Below, in pieces: positions 37,300 through 49,184 of a stretch of 61,830 nt of DNA. Below the pieces are notes generated by a model. The model had not been told where the DNA came from. It searched no databases and saw only the letters and a program-made list of their open reading frames with translations. The DNA is from Phoronis australis (taxonomy: Eukaryota; Animalia; Phoronida), in assembly GCA_002633005.1 (NCBI GenBank), contig NMRA01000596.1, forward strand, positions 1 through 61,830, given 5' to 3'. Every line of letters starts with the position of its first letter. Positions within the stretch are counted from its first letter, which is position 1. Made by a program: the position numbers and the translations under genes.

Positions 37300-38290
37300 G
37301 ATGTTAGTCTCTTATTTGAATTTTGGCCTACGCAGTTGGGTTAATTAATTAATTATCATATATTTTTGACAATATCTTTGCAACTTGCATTACTACTTCA
37401 AATTCAGTTACGCTAAAGGTCAACGAATGTCTAATTAATATACAAAAAATCAATAATTTTTGATAAATGCCGACATTCTTCACAACGACTGTGAGATGTA
37501 CCTATTGTGATGGCTATGTCGTTATTCGTCGTTATCTTTTGTGTCATTGAAAACATTTCCTTAGGATTTAATTACACATCTGTAAAATGTCAAGCAGTCT
37601 GGGTCACTTCCTTTCACGCTAACTGAATTGGCATAACTAGTCAATTCGATGACAAAAAAGATAATTAATCAGCCATCATGCCCAGCATCGTACAATGATA
37701 TTTGGCTTTCCTCAATTTCCGTTATATAACCTTTGACAATTGGCACATTGTGTTGCTCCAAGCAAAATTAATGAAGCAAAATACTGGGTGCGAACTGTTT
37801 GTAGTTATTCTATGTCTTTGTGGTTTCTGGTTCTTATACATGTACATGTAATTCAAAAACCTAGCAAAATTTACCTTTCACGTAACATTCATGCCACTTA
37901 AGGGTTCCCGCCATGACCCTGTGTCTCAAAAAGAATTTTATTATTGCATCTTCAGCGATTTAATAGCCTTTATACCACAATATCACCTTCGAATGGCCAA
38001 TACAACAGTGTAATAACGAATTTTATGATATTCATTTCATATTAGGTGAATGATAACTTGATAATTAGGATCGTGCATGGTTGGAACTCTTTAAAAAGCT
38101 TTCTAAATGAAAATTTAAAATGTCCTATCACCGTCCCGAGTGCTTTTAACCATGTTTACATTGAACTATTTTTGCGAGTGTTTATCCAAATTAATCCCCA
38201 CAAAATGATAGGTGAAGCTGGACGGGTTGTTTTCAAGATAATGTCGGATTGTAAGTAAAGCGAATCGGTTAAGTTGCACAAAATCTTCCT
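37300..38290. repeat. Old dispersed repeat, copy 1 (homologous to ~48070-48770)
   Basis: Colinear anchors such as TTATTTGAATTTT, GCAACTTGCA, TAGGATTTAA, CATGCCCAG, GAAGCTGG..TTTCAAGATAA..AGCGAATCGGT. Confidence 0.7.
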
Positions 38291-39625
38291 CTTAGAATGC
38301 ATTGCAGGGTCCGACATCCCAATAATAACTATGTAGGTTACTTTATGTTACGCTCAAAAGAACATGTACGATGGGACGTCTTCCAGAGTCGCAACCAGGA
38401 GGATCTTGCGCTTGACGATGCCTGGGACCACATGATTGCAAAATATTCCAGAGAACCGGCCAACGACGTCGTGTCGATATTGGCCCAGCTCTTGAACTTT
38501 CCATGTCAGAGGTCACTTTTAAAGTAAGTGCGGCTGGCGAATACGGAAAACAATATTGCATGTAAAGATAAATGGTTCTAAGGTTTTATTTTGTCTTCAT
38601 TGTTTATTCGGTTACAGTAAACCTCGGTTACAATAAACGTTTTCGATATAGCTCCCGGAAGGTTTGTTATACGAGTCAAATTTTTGCGTTAGTAGACTGA
38701 GCATTTTAACTTTTCTGTTTTGATGATAACGGATAAGATCTGAAGTGAACACCTCTTGCAGTTCGCATGATACTTCGAAAGTGGAAGGAAGCCGCATCAG
38801 CAATCCTTTAATAATTACTTACATGTATACGATTTCTGGAAAGCCACAACATTAAAAGACCGGCAATATCTGGGTAGATTTTACGCTGTCTCTCTGTTAG
38901 AAAAATCTGGCTTAATTCACGTGTTTTCGTGAAAACACATGGCGATATCTCGCATAATCTCGCGAAGTCTTGCTTTTCTAGCGAAGCCCTAGAAAGGTTT
39001 TAGCGTTATTGAACTGTTTCCATGTTTAAAGCTCCAGAGGTACTGTTTCGCAAGTGTCACTTGACCTGCAAATACTCTCAGCATTAGCACTTCACATAAA
39101 AGTTTCCACTACTTCGGACAGCTCTCATTTTTAGGTTGTTTGTTGCAGCGGATTAGTTGCAGGGCACTAGAGTCGATTTAGTACAACCAATTTCAATCCA
39201 AACAAAGATATCGAGAATCCTACACAAATCTCAGGTTAATGACATTTTCAAAACCTCTTGGGAATTTCGTCAAAATCACAAGGCTTTGTTTTCTCATTTG
39301 TACCGTAAAACGATCTTTGGAATGGCATAAAAGATTAAAAATTTGGGACTGTTCGCCAAAACAAGGACAGTTGCCAAGTTCGATGTGAGTACAAAAAGTA
39401 TTCAATGGATTATTTTACAAGATATTTTTGCTTTTTCATTTTTAATTTTATTCCAAATACGAGTTTACGTAAGTAGCCAAGGGGACATTGTTGCTAAAAA
39501 ATCTAATTAGCATTATATCTGAGCAGCATGTTATAATTGTGTAAACGTAGTATTACAAAAATATACACAACGGTAATAGTACGCATATGCATGTGCATGT
39601 ACTTACACACACTTAACGAGATGAT

Positions 39626-39767
39626 GAAATGTTACTATTGTGTCTTTAGCATCTAAAGTCTATGTATTATGCAGGTTTACTTTTATATAAACATTTGAAA
39701 TGTTACTATTGTGTCTTTAGCATCTAAAGTCTATGTATTATGCAGGTTTACTTTTATATAAACATTT
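39626..39767. repeat. 71-bp exact tandem duplication
   Basis: GAAATGTTACTATTGTGTC...TATATAAACATTT occurs twice (39626 and 39697). Confidence 0.95.
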
Positions 39768-40232
39768 TAGATGTTATAGATTTTGGATTCCCTATATATA
39801 GTTAAGGTTGAGAATGCACATTTGTTGCTTTGATAACACTATCACTGACGGTGTTATACTGTCAAAAATAAAAAATTAAAGGCCACTTTTGATAGTAAAA
39901 TCATCCATGAAAATCTTATTTTAATGATGTGAATTTCCACCTCTGTCACATTTTTGTACTTGAGTGTGACCTAAAAGGGCTGCTGGGTTCCCTGTTAATT
40001 TCCGGTTGCTGTGTCTCTTGCGAGGTATTTTTTTATGTTTATTAAGTGCATCTACATTGAATAAATGTATGTTTACGATTATTTTTGGCTGCTTTCCCAC
40101 ATTTTCGTAAAACGTTTAGGCTCAGATTTGGAAATTCTGAGTGTTATAAAAGGCACAAAAAACTGGTGCTGTGAAACCTGTGGTGATACGAATAGATATT
40201 ATTGAAATAATTGTTGTCCGCATTAAACTCAC

Positions 40233-40390
40233 CATTCTAACACAATGTGTCCTTCGTCGATTACCACACTCGCCACGTTGGAAGCTAATTCCTTGTTTTG
40301 CAAGTGTTTCACACCGTCACTTGTTGACGTCAGAGCCTCAGGGCGAGCATACACTACATTTACTTGATATTTTCCTTTAAGTGTATCACT
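40233..40390 (-). pseudogene. RecQ-like helicase exon fragment, probably from an AcademH-type transposon
   Basis: KGKYQVNVVYARPEAL...NVASVVIDEGHIVLEW matches RecQ motif Ib and Walker B (VIDEAHC..W), followed by a GTGAGT splice donor. Confidence 0.65.
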
Positions 40391-41948
40391 AATTGGAACA
40401 GTACGACAAAACGTCACCACTAGTTTCTTCATCATCAGTATCATCTTCACTAACATTTCGTGAAACAATTGTTGCTTTTCTGGTATTGTAGTTAGTTCAC
40501 AGCAAAGATCTACTAACGTTTGGTGAAGCACAGGGCCAATAAGCAAACAAATTGCAGTTCAGTGTGAGAACCTCAATAGCGCAATTAATTGATCTGTGAA
40601 CTGTGCTTCTTCTGCTAATTTTATTCCATTTTAATCACACAGTGAACGTGTTATGCTCAGTTAGTGATAACTAAACCGTTTCATGATGTTTTTCGTTTTA
40701 AAATAATTCCTTCAATTAATACTTCAGATACTCCAATATCGTCCGCGTACGTCGCGATTCTACTCGGGGATTCCATCGATGGGGCATTCCCCGAGTATGC
40801 ATGAGAAGGGAAATAAGTATTTATTTTGATACATAAACGAGTCGACAAATTCGGATTTTCTCCACTTCAAGGATTATAATCACCATTTTTAAGAACGTAG
40901 TCCTAACTTCTACAAAACTCATTCAAATTACAGCAATGACGAATCGTTTTTCTGCGCTTTATTTGGCGCGGATACGAACCGATATGATCTCGCGTGATCT
41001 AGCCTGATCACCCGTTTTTCGCGGTATTTTGTAATTGTGAAGTGCCATATGTGAAAGACCAGTCGCCAACCGAATAGAGCGAAGTGTTTCGTGAAAATGC
41101 ATGTCACTGCCGGGGCATAATTCCCAGCATTAACACCTGAAGCGCAACTGCATAACAGTACGAAACACAATGTAACCAGGCAGCACCAAGATGCTAGCCC
41201 CAAAGGCGCAATAAGAATTATCACAACCCAGAAAACATAGAAGACGGTTCAAGTACTCATGTACTCCTTGGTGTTCCAGTTAAAACGGTATTAGTCCGAT
41301 AACGTAACCCGCTCATCTACACTGACATTTGATCCACGACAGCATACACAGCGAAAAACGCAGGACATAGTACAACAGTTTTTAGGATTAAGGCGTGATG
41401 ACCAGAAAATTACAGAGTTAATTTTTCTAAGGGGGTGTCTGATGTCATTCACGAGTGTCCATCATATTTGCCTTCTTCGGAACACGCGTAACTATGTTCC
41501 ATGAAAAAATAATTTCCACCACCTCTGCAGTATTGCATAAGTTAAAGCATTTTAATATCGATAGCATGAGTGTTTATCACTGTAATTTCACAATAATTCT
41601 GAAACGTGAATTCAATAAAAAGCATTTATTCGCAAAAAAAATGAAAGAAAACAATGTCCTCCCCTGGCCGTCTAATGGAATTTGGCCAAGAGATTATTGT
41701 ACGGTTTCTCCTCTAACTCTACAGTGTATAGGGCACACGCGAGAGTAACCATTGCAAGCACTTTGTGTGGGAATGACATTTTGTAGACTTCAATTTATTG
41801 AAAAACTGAAACGGTAACGAAATCGGTATGGCAGTTCGCTGTACAAATTTGTTGGTGAATGAAAAAGTGGCATAAACAGCACTGAAATAATGTATAGGAC
41901 CACCATTCGTACAGTTGTAAGTGAGCGAGCGAAATGGCATACCCTTGA

Positions 41949-43032
41949 CAGTGGCGGATCTAGGATATCACAAGGGGGGGGGCCAACATTTTGTCCGGCT
42001 GTAAGCATTTGCGCAAACTGAACCACGATTGTAGATGCGCATAGCACCGAATGGGGGGAGGTCGGGAGGGGGGTTTACCCTCTTCCCGCCCAGGAAATTT
42101 TTCTGTTTTTACCTCTAAAAATCAAGCATTTTCCTTGATTCCTGAAGTATTATTCAAGAAAAAAAAAAAAAAAACAGAGAACGTGTCAAACAGGAAAACT
42201 GAACGTACCAAAGACTTGAACTCACGACCTGGCGGTTAGGGAGCGCGTGCGTTACCACTACACCACCACAATTTAACTAGTAAACTCATGCTAAAAGACA
42301 TACTTGTTTATGGTCCACAGCGTTTGCGCGCGAAACCTACTTCTTTTCGTAATGCTTATTACACNNNNNNNNNNNNNNNNNNNNNNNNNNNNNNNNNNNN
42401 NNNNNNNNNNNNNNNNNNNNNNNNNNNNNNNNNNNNNNNNNNNNNNNNNNNNNNNNNNNNNNNNNNNNNNNNNNNNNNNNNNNNNNNNNNNNNNNNNNNN
42501 NNNNNNNNNNNNNNNNNNNNNNNNNNNNNNNNNNNNNNNNNNNNNNNNNNNNNNNNNNNNNNNNNNNNNNNNNNNNNNNNNNNNNNNNNNNNNNNNNNNN
42601 NNNNNNNNNNNNNNNNNNNNNNNNNNNNNNNNNNNNNNNNNNNNNNNNNNNNNNNNNNNNNNNNNNNNNNNNNNNNNNNNNNNNNNNNNNNNNNNNNNNN
42701 NNNNNNNNNNNNNNNNNNNNNNNNNNNNNNNNNNNNNNNNNNNNNNNNNNNNNNNNNNNNNNNNNNNNNNNNNNNNNNNNNNNNNNNNNNNNNNNNNNNN
42801 NNNNNNNNNNNNNNNNNNNNNNNNNNNNNNNNNNNNNNNNNNNNNNNNNNNNNNNNNNNNNNNNNNNNNNNNNNNNNNNNNNNNNNNNNNNNNNNNNNNN
42901 NNNNNNNNNNNNNNNNNNNNNNNNNNNNNNNNNNNNNNNNNNNNNNNNNNNNNNNNNNNNNNNNNNNNNNNNNNNNNNNNNNNNNNNNNNGGGGGCCCGG
43001 GCCCCCTGGGCCCCCCCCTAAATCCGCCTATG
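41949..43032. mobile_element. GGCGGAT-type MITE (hAT5-like) spanning a gap, 5-bp TSD
   Basis: CAGTGGCGGATCTAGG ... CCTAAATCCGCCTATG; CTTGA at 41944-41948 and 43033-43037. Confidence 0.75.
42205..42270 (-). other. tRNA-derived (SINE-head-like) sequence inside the MITE
   Basis: Minus strand GGTGGTGTAGTGGTAAC (A box) ... GAGTTCAAGTC (B box); acceptor stem does not pair. Confidence 0.55.
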
Positions 43033-43971
43033 CTTGAGCGGGTAAAAGCGGGCAGGGTGGGGTATGCAAGCCCGAGATGACTAGCATGATAGACCCGCTT
43101 TTGTCCTAGTTACGCGCGTTCGCAGAGGAGAGCTGCATTTTACGGGAAATTGGTCGCAAGCTCGTCGGTTGATAAGAGTATCCATCGTTGACTTTTTTCT
43201 TATAATAAAGATAACGGTAACCCTTTATCGGTAACCGGCTGATGTGCGACCAAGTACGATCTCCGTGCGACTTGTATTGTTATGTCCAATAAAGACTCAG
43301 GAAAGGAAAACAATGGTGCATGTACCGTCCCATAAGCTATAACCATGCTATGCGCGCACACGTACTCCCGCCGCATCGATCTCGCAAGTTAAACAATAGC
43401 TTGCAACCTCCATATAAAGACATTTGACATGATGGAATTGTTGCTTTCCCCAACAACGCCTTGCGCTGGAGAAACCCGCAGCACGTTGAAACAACCCTAT
43501 TCACAAACGTGGAATAACAAGTACACGGTAGATACCTTCATTGACTTGCATCAAATGTTCACTTTGCAAAAATTCTTCCTGGACAAGCTACAGCTGCCGA
43601 CAACATGCATCGTGACAGGATGTCAACAACAACGAAGCATTATAATGCACGTGTCCACGATCGAATACGTCAATTGCTTTCTGGCGACTTCTTTCTTAAC
43701 TGCAACTGTGAGCAATGTAATCAAATAGTAACCCTTGGGCATTTCAGCGAACTGCATTATTTGCAACGAATGATAACAGTCTGGATGTGAAACAACAAAC
43801 TGACTGATTAACTGTGGGATATCAACGTAGAATTCTGGCATCAGCTTGATTACGTTACGGTCATTATGGCTGTCACAACCCAAAGATTACTAACCGAAAG
43901 GTGGCGCTACCTAATCAGAATGCTAATCTAGCTGATTCATTAGTAGTGAGGCACGCCTCAGTTTACTTACA

Positions 43972-46764
43972 ATGTCTGCGGCAAGTGGACGTGTATTAAT
44001 TTTGCTGGCGATCTTCAATTCGAGTTGGTGGAATTTCTCTTCCGCTATCTGCTTGCAATGGAAAAACAAAGTGTTGACGAGGGAGAAAACGTTACATTTC
44101 AAGGACACCTCTACTGTGAACTTCTTGAGATGTGGCATCCGCAAGATTGAGCGAAACGCGCTGATTCATTTATCTCAAGTGCAGTACCTTTACCTAGGAC
44201 ACAACCGCATGTCTGAAGTCCAGGACAGACTTTTTTCTCCTTTAATCAAACTCAAGAACTTGGATTTTAGATATAATGAGATACGCATCTTGGCTAGCAA
44301 AGCGTTAAGCGGTTTGTTCAACTTAAGAACTTTGGATCTTACCGGTAATCGTTTGTCATTTCTTTTCCACGACATTTTCAAAGAAACGCCGTTCTTAAGA
44401 GCATTGTTTTTAGGTCATAACTCTATCAACTCGCTGGATTTTAATTCTTTTGGTCATACCTTGAGCAATCTTGAAGTACTGCATATTGACTACAACGATG
44501 TTTCTAGGATAGGAAATGGAACATTTGACGGGCTGAACAGGTTAACAAATCTTGCACTCCAGAACAACAACTTAACCAGTGCGGACAGGAATGTTTTTGG
44601 AGGATTGAAGAATTTGAGGATGCTACAGCTGGGAAACAATTCAGTTAGCAAGGTTGATCGATTGGTGCTAAATGCGTTACAGTTTGTAGAATTACGGTAT
44701 AATCGTTTAGAGGTAGTCGAATACCCATACGTTCTTTCGAATCAAAGTATCATGATTGACATGTCTTTCAACAATATTTCAAAAATTGAAAGTGGATCAC
44801 TTTGCTCTTATTCCTTAGTTGAAAAGCTCGTGCTGACAGGAAACCGGCTTCCACTGGTGAATAGAAAAACGTTTTCGTGCCTGAAATCAACTAAAGATCT
44901 ATGCTTAACAGGGAACCGGATAGCGAAAATAGAAGAAAAGTCGTTTTCTCAAATGAGAAATCTTCGAGGGTTATTTCTTTCAAATAACAGAATTACAATT
45001 TTGACGCGTGGAATGTTTAGTGGTCTAATTAAATTGGACACCTTGATTCTGAGCTTCAATGACATACATTCCCTTGGAGATCGACCTTTTGATGATTTAG
45101 AAAGTCTGCGATTTCTTTACCTCAGAGGTAATAAAATTTCAACAATAAACTCTCGCGATTTTGATGGTCCTAAAAGTCCAATGTTGTTGGAAATGAGAGG
45201 AAATCCACTGGATGGGATGCGAATAGTCTCTCCGTTTAAGTTCATCGCAATACATATTTCCGTTACTAACGTCAACGTTACGTTAAACACGTCGTTTCTC
45301 ACTAACATTAAAACATTCAAGCTGCAGGGAGATTTTGGGCAGCTTTCCGTTTCGCACACATTCATTGGTAATTTTGGAGACGTCGTTCACCTGGATCTAT
45401 CGGGGAGCAATATATCTGATTTGAATGGTCAACCATTTAAACTTTGTCGTCGGCTGAAATTCCTAGTTCTTGCTAGAAACCTCATAAAACACATATCTGG
45501 TCATACGTTTGAAGGACTCGAATCTTTAATTACGTTAAATCTTGCACTCAACAAGATTACTTTGATCACAGAAAATGCTTTTGAGAAATTGAAGTCACTT
45601 CGACGATTATACTTAGAAGGAAATGGGATGATTCATGTGAGTGCCAGCACATTGCCACGAAACGTTATGGAAATTCATATGGACGATAATAATATTAAAA
45701 AGTTTGCCACTGCCAAAATGACCAAGGTTTTGCATCTGACCTTAAGTGGTAACAATTTTGGTTCTTTAAGGAGCAAAATGCTTTCAGGATTGCCCAATCT
45801 TCAGACCTTGAACATGTCGTATGCAAACATTGAATGCATAAATAAAGATGCCTTAGACAACATGATTTCTCTGTGGGAACTTGATCTTTCTGGAAATAGA
45901 CTTCGAATAATAAGTCGGAACATGTTTAGTTTCCTTTCATCGTTGGAATTCCTTGAACTGGACAAATGTGGCATTACAGAAATTGAGGAAGGAGCCGTGA
46001 AACACCTAACGAGATTGAAAACTTTGTCTGTTCGCCATAACAGTATTAAAGTTGTGCCACACGATATATTGCAAAAGTTGATCAGCCGAGAAAAACGCTT
46101 ACGCGAGTTCATTGTGTCGAACAACCCACTTCATTGCAACTGCTTCATCTATCCACTGCAGGTATGGGTCTATCAGGTGAGCCTACTTCTCAAAGGTCCA
46201 AACTACAAGTATGACATCCCTCAATGTAATTCTCCCACTAAAACTCAACCAACCATAGAATCGTTTGCGTCTCCCATTTTTTCTTGTCGCGAGCCAAGTT
46301 ATCCAGTAATGGAAGTCAGGTATGACGCCACTGGGGTACTAATCCAATGTACATCTTACGGAGATCCGTCTCCAATTATGGTGCTCCAAGACCCTGGAGG
46401 AAACGATGTGAATTGTTCTTTTCGACAGAATATTACAGAATCTAAAACAGTCGGAATCTCGAGTATCCCGATAGATAAATTTGTTGGTGGGAATTACACC
46501 TGTGTAAGTAAAAACGTTATGGGGTGGTCGTCAAATGCAAAGTTGATAAAAAAACACAATACAAGCGAGGAAAGAGAGAAAAACGACACTTATGAAAATG
46601 GCGTACCTCTCGAGGGATACCTAATAGGAGGAAGCGCCGCTGCTGTAATGGCTTGTGCAGTCGCTGTTGGTGTCATTTTGGTGGTAAGGTTCGCGGGCAA
46701 ATACAACGGCCAATCTGAATCTTCTACCACAAACCAGAGCGAACTTGGAGACACTCGAATATAA
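43972..46764 (+). CDS. Single-exon LRR-Ig transmembrane receptor (LIG-type), 930 aa
   Basis: Hydrophobic N-terminal signal-like segment; >20 LxxLxLxxN repeats; LRR-CT NPLHCNC; Ig-like domain (IQCTSYGDPSP...GNYTCVSKNVMG); TM LIGGSAAAVMACAVAVGVILVV; ~24-aa tail. Confidence 0.93.
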   Translation: MSAASGRVLILLAIFNSSWWNFSSAICLQWKNKVLTREKTLHFKDTSTVNFLRCGIRKIERNALIHLSQVQYLYLGHNRMSEVQDRLFSPLIKLKNLDFRYNEIRILASKALSGLFNLRTLDLTGNRLSFLFHDIFKETPFLRALFLGHNSINSLDFNSFGHTLSNLEVLHIDYNDVSRIGNGTFDGLNRLTNLALQNNNLTSADRNVFGGLKNLRMLQLGNNSVSKVDRLVLNALQFVELRYNRLEVVEYPYVLSNQSIMIDMSFNNISKIESGSLCSYSLVEKLVLTGNRLPLVNRKTFSCLKSTKDLCLTGNRIAKIEEKSFSQMRNLRGLFLSNNRITILTRGMFSGLIKLDTLILSFNDIHSLGDRPFDDLESLRFLYLRGNKISTINSRDFDGPKSPMLLEMRGNPLDGMRIVSPFKFIAIHISVTNVNVTLNTSFLTNIKTFKLQGDFGQLSVSHTFIGNFGDVVHLDLSGSNISDLNGQPFKLCRRLKFLVLARNLIKHISGHTFEGLESLITLNLALNKITLITENAFEKLKSLRRLYLEGNGMIHVSASTLPRNVMEIHMDDNNIKKFATAKMTKVLHLTLSGNNFGSLRSKMLSGLPNLQTLNMSYANIECINKDALDNMISLWELDLSGNRLRIISRNMFSFLSSLEFLELDKCGITEIEEGAVKHLTRLKTLSVRHNSIKVVPHDILQKLISREKRLREFIVSNNPLHCNCFIYPLQVWVYQVSLLLKGPNYKYDIPQCNSPTKTQPTIESFASPIFSCREPSYPVMEVRYDATGVLIQCTSYGDPSPIMVLQDPGGNDVNCSFRQNITESKTVGISSIPIDKFVGGNYTCVSKNVMGWSSNAKLIKKHNTSEEREKNDTYENGVPLEGYLIGGSAAAVMACAVAVGVILVVRFAGKYNGQSESSTTNQSELGDTRI

Positions 46765-47444
46765 GACTGATGGCGTTAACATCATGCCTTACTAGAAACT
46801 CCCAAAGATACTAGGATTTGAACGTTTGTTGGTAAGGAGTATAGGGTTGTCTTACAAAAATTCACTTTGACCTTTGTTAATGGATAGTTGCCATTTGTCA
46901 ATCAAACTAAAAACGGACTCGGGAATAGTGTATACAAGGGATTCTTGTTTATTTCGACGTCGCATAACATTTCAGTCTGTGTCTATTACCGCGCCAATGA
47001 ACACATGGGCGTCTCTGCAGAACTGTGTTTATATGCAAAACTTGGGCGTAAGCACTAATATGCTACCCAATTGAGTAAAAAATGCTAAATTTTCATTATT
47101 TCAGATGTTGACAAGTGGCATTTCTTTAAAATTTGAAATTTTTCAGAATTCCAACAGCCTAGTAGCAAATTTACTCAGGGTCAATAAAACGTCGCTTTTG
47201 GTGCGTGACGGCCAAAAAGTCAACAAAATGTCATTTGTGAAATTGATACACAATATGTAGAGCCAATATATAGACAGCATGGTGTAGAACGATTTCGGTC
47301 CTAACACTAACGGGTACTACGGTACTGAAAAGAGAAAAAGCATCTTTGTTATGCCTCGTGCTTCTTCTTAATTTTGTAAAAAAAATCAGTACAGGAGGTT
47401 TTACTTGTGAATGATGTCTTTTTACGTATTTGACGAAAAAAGTC

Positions 47445-47670
47445 GGGTTTTGTAGGGGTAATTTTTGCTAATGTAATTTTGGTGGAATGTAGATGTAATT
47501 TTTTTGGATTTGATGCATGCAATTTATTGTGAAAGTAATTTTGAAGATGTAGGTTATGTTGATGTTCTTTCTGTGTAAGTAACTTTGTGGATGTAATTCT
47601 ATGAATGTAATTTATTGGGGAAGCAAATTTGTGGACAGAATTATGAAAGTAATTTCTTTTGCATGTAGTA
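47445..47670. repeat. Degenerate ~18-20-bp minisatellite (TGTAATTTT..GGA)
   Basis: Recurrent GTAATTTT/GCAATTT cores at roughly regular spacing. Confidence 0.55.
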
Positions 47671-48069
47671 ACCTACTACTGTAGTTTCCAGAGGTTGCAT
47701 TTCATTAAATATTTACTGAAGTATCATGCACAAACTCTGTATTTTTAAAATCCTTCTTGAAAATGAAAATCTGTTGTGTGAACAAAATTGTCTCCAAAAA
47801 TTTACAGTCACGTGAATTTTTCATTTTATTTGCCACGAACGAACACTATTGGTGAAAAAATACCTTTTCACTGCTGAAACGAACCGTGTTGTTCCGTAGT
47901 TGCGGCCTGACCCTCTGCCGCTGAGTCAAACCCCTGTTCACCAAATAACGTATAGTTTTAAAAAGATATTTAAACGGTAGCGACACCAGTGGTGATTTCA
48001 TCGAATAAAAAGTGAACCTATGTAATGACCTTGCCACAGTTAATTTTAAGGCTACATAATATATCTCGG

Positions 48070-48770
48070 CCCTTTATTTGAATTTTCGTTGTGATAATTG
48101 GAGTAATTATTTATCATGTCCTTTAGACTATGTCGTCGCAACTTGCAGTTTTACTCAAAACTTAGTTCTGCCAAACGGCACCGTAGGTCTAATTATTATA
48201 AGAAAATTAATAATTTTGGATGAATGCTGATTGCATTTGTCACAGCAACTGTAAGAGGTCCTTACTGTGAAGTCTTTTCTTCATCCGGCAGTCATCTTTT
48301 GTATCATTGAAACTAGATCCGTAGGATTTAACTAGTCATCTCTAAAATGACTACCTGTCTAGTTGTCTTATTTTCACGCTATAATTATATTCTTAACTGA
48401 TTGGCACTACAAGTTATCTATATCAGTATGCCGTCATGCCCAGTATTGTACCATGACATGTTATTTGCTTAATTTTCATCTGTTGCTTTATGACCTGTAA
48501 TAATTGGCCCATTGAGTTGTATGCCCAGTAAAATTATTGAAGCAACTCAGTGGCTGAGAATAACTTCCTACGGCAGTTTTATGTTACTTAAACAAATTTT
48601 AATGCCGTACCCACTGTTTACGACAATGTCTATGAAGGACTATCTTTGCGAGTGGTTACTGAAGTTAATCTTCACAGATCTATACATGTAGCTGAAGCTG
48701 GGCGGTGTCTTTCAAGATAACGGCGGGTTTTGGGGTTAGCGAATCGGTCCAGTTTCTCAAACTCTCTCTT
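48070..48770. repeat. Old dispersed repeat, copy 2 (homologous to 37300-38290)
   Basis: Same anchors, same order and orientation as copy 1. Confidence 0.7.
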
Positions 48771-49184
48771 TCTCTCTGAGAATGTCATGGTAAAAGTCTT
48801 CAAGATCATAACTCAGCGTTTACTTATTACGCCCTTTATTATGTTTTGCACTTTCGATAACTCTACTGTTTTTCAAAATTGAATAAAACAATACTTGTTA
48901 GCCTCTCAGATGTGTAAAATAACTAAACAGAAAATAAAATGTTTATCTTTTGCTTCTAGTATTATCATATACCACCAACGGCTCACCAAGGGATTCCTGT
49001 CGACTTAAGCTTGTTCAATTCTATTGAAAAACAACGGAGTTACAAAATGTGTAGTGACATTAAAGAAAATGACACTATTCCCATTCGCGTACATGTAGTA
49101 CTGAAAAGTGATTCGGTAACTATTACTCCTGGGTACATGTTTGTGGTCTCAGCTGGGGCTTGATGAAGTGGATACTCTTTAATC

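Noticed and set aside
42205-42270. Functional tRNA gene
   Set aside because: A and B boxes are present, but the acceptor and anticodon stems do not pair properly.
42288-43080. 249- and 258-aa ORFs
   Set aside because: Almost entirely N-gap; the flanks are MITE sequence.
44190-46124. Antisense ORFs within the LRR gene
   Set aside because: Shadow frames of the coding strand with no protein-like motifs.
43972-46764. Toll-like receptor call
   Set aside because: No TIR domain, and an Ig-like domain precedes the TM segment.
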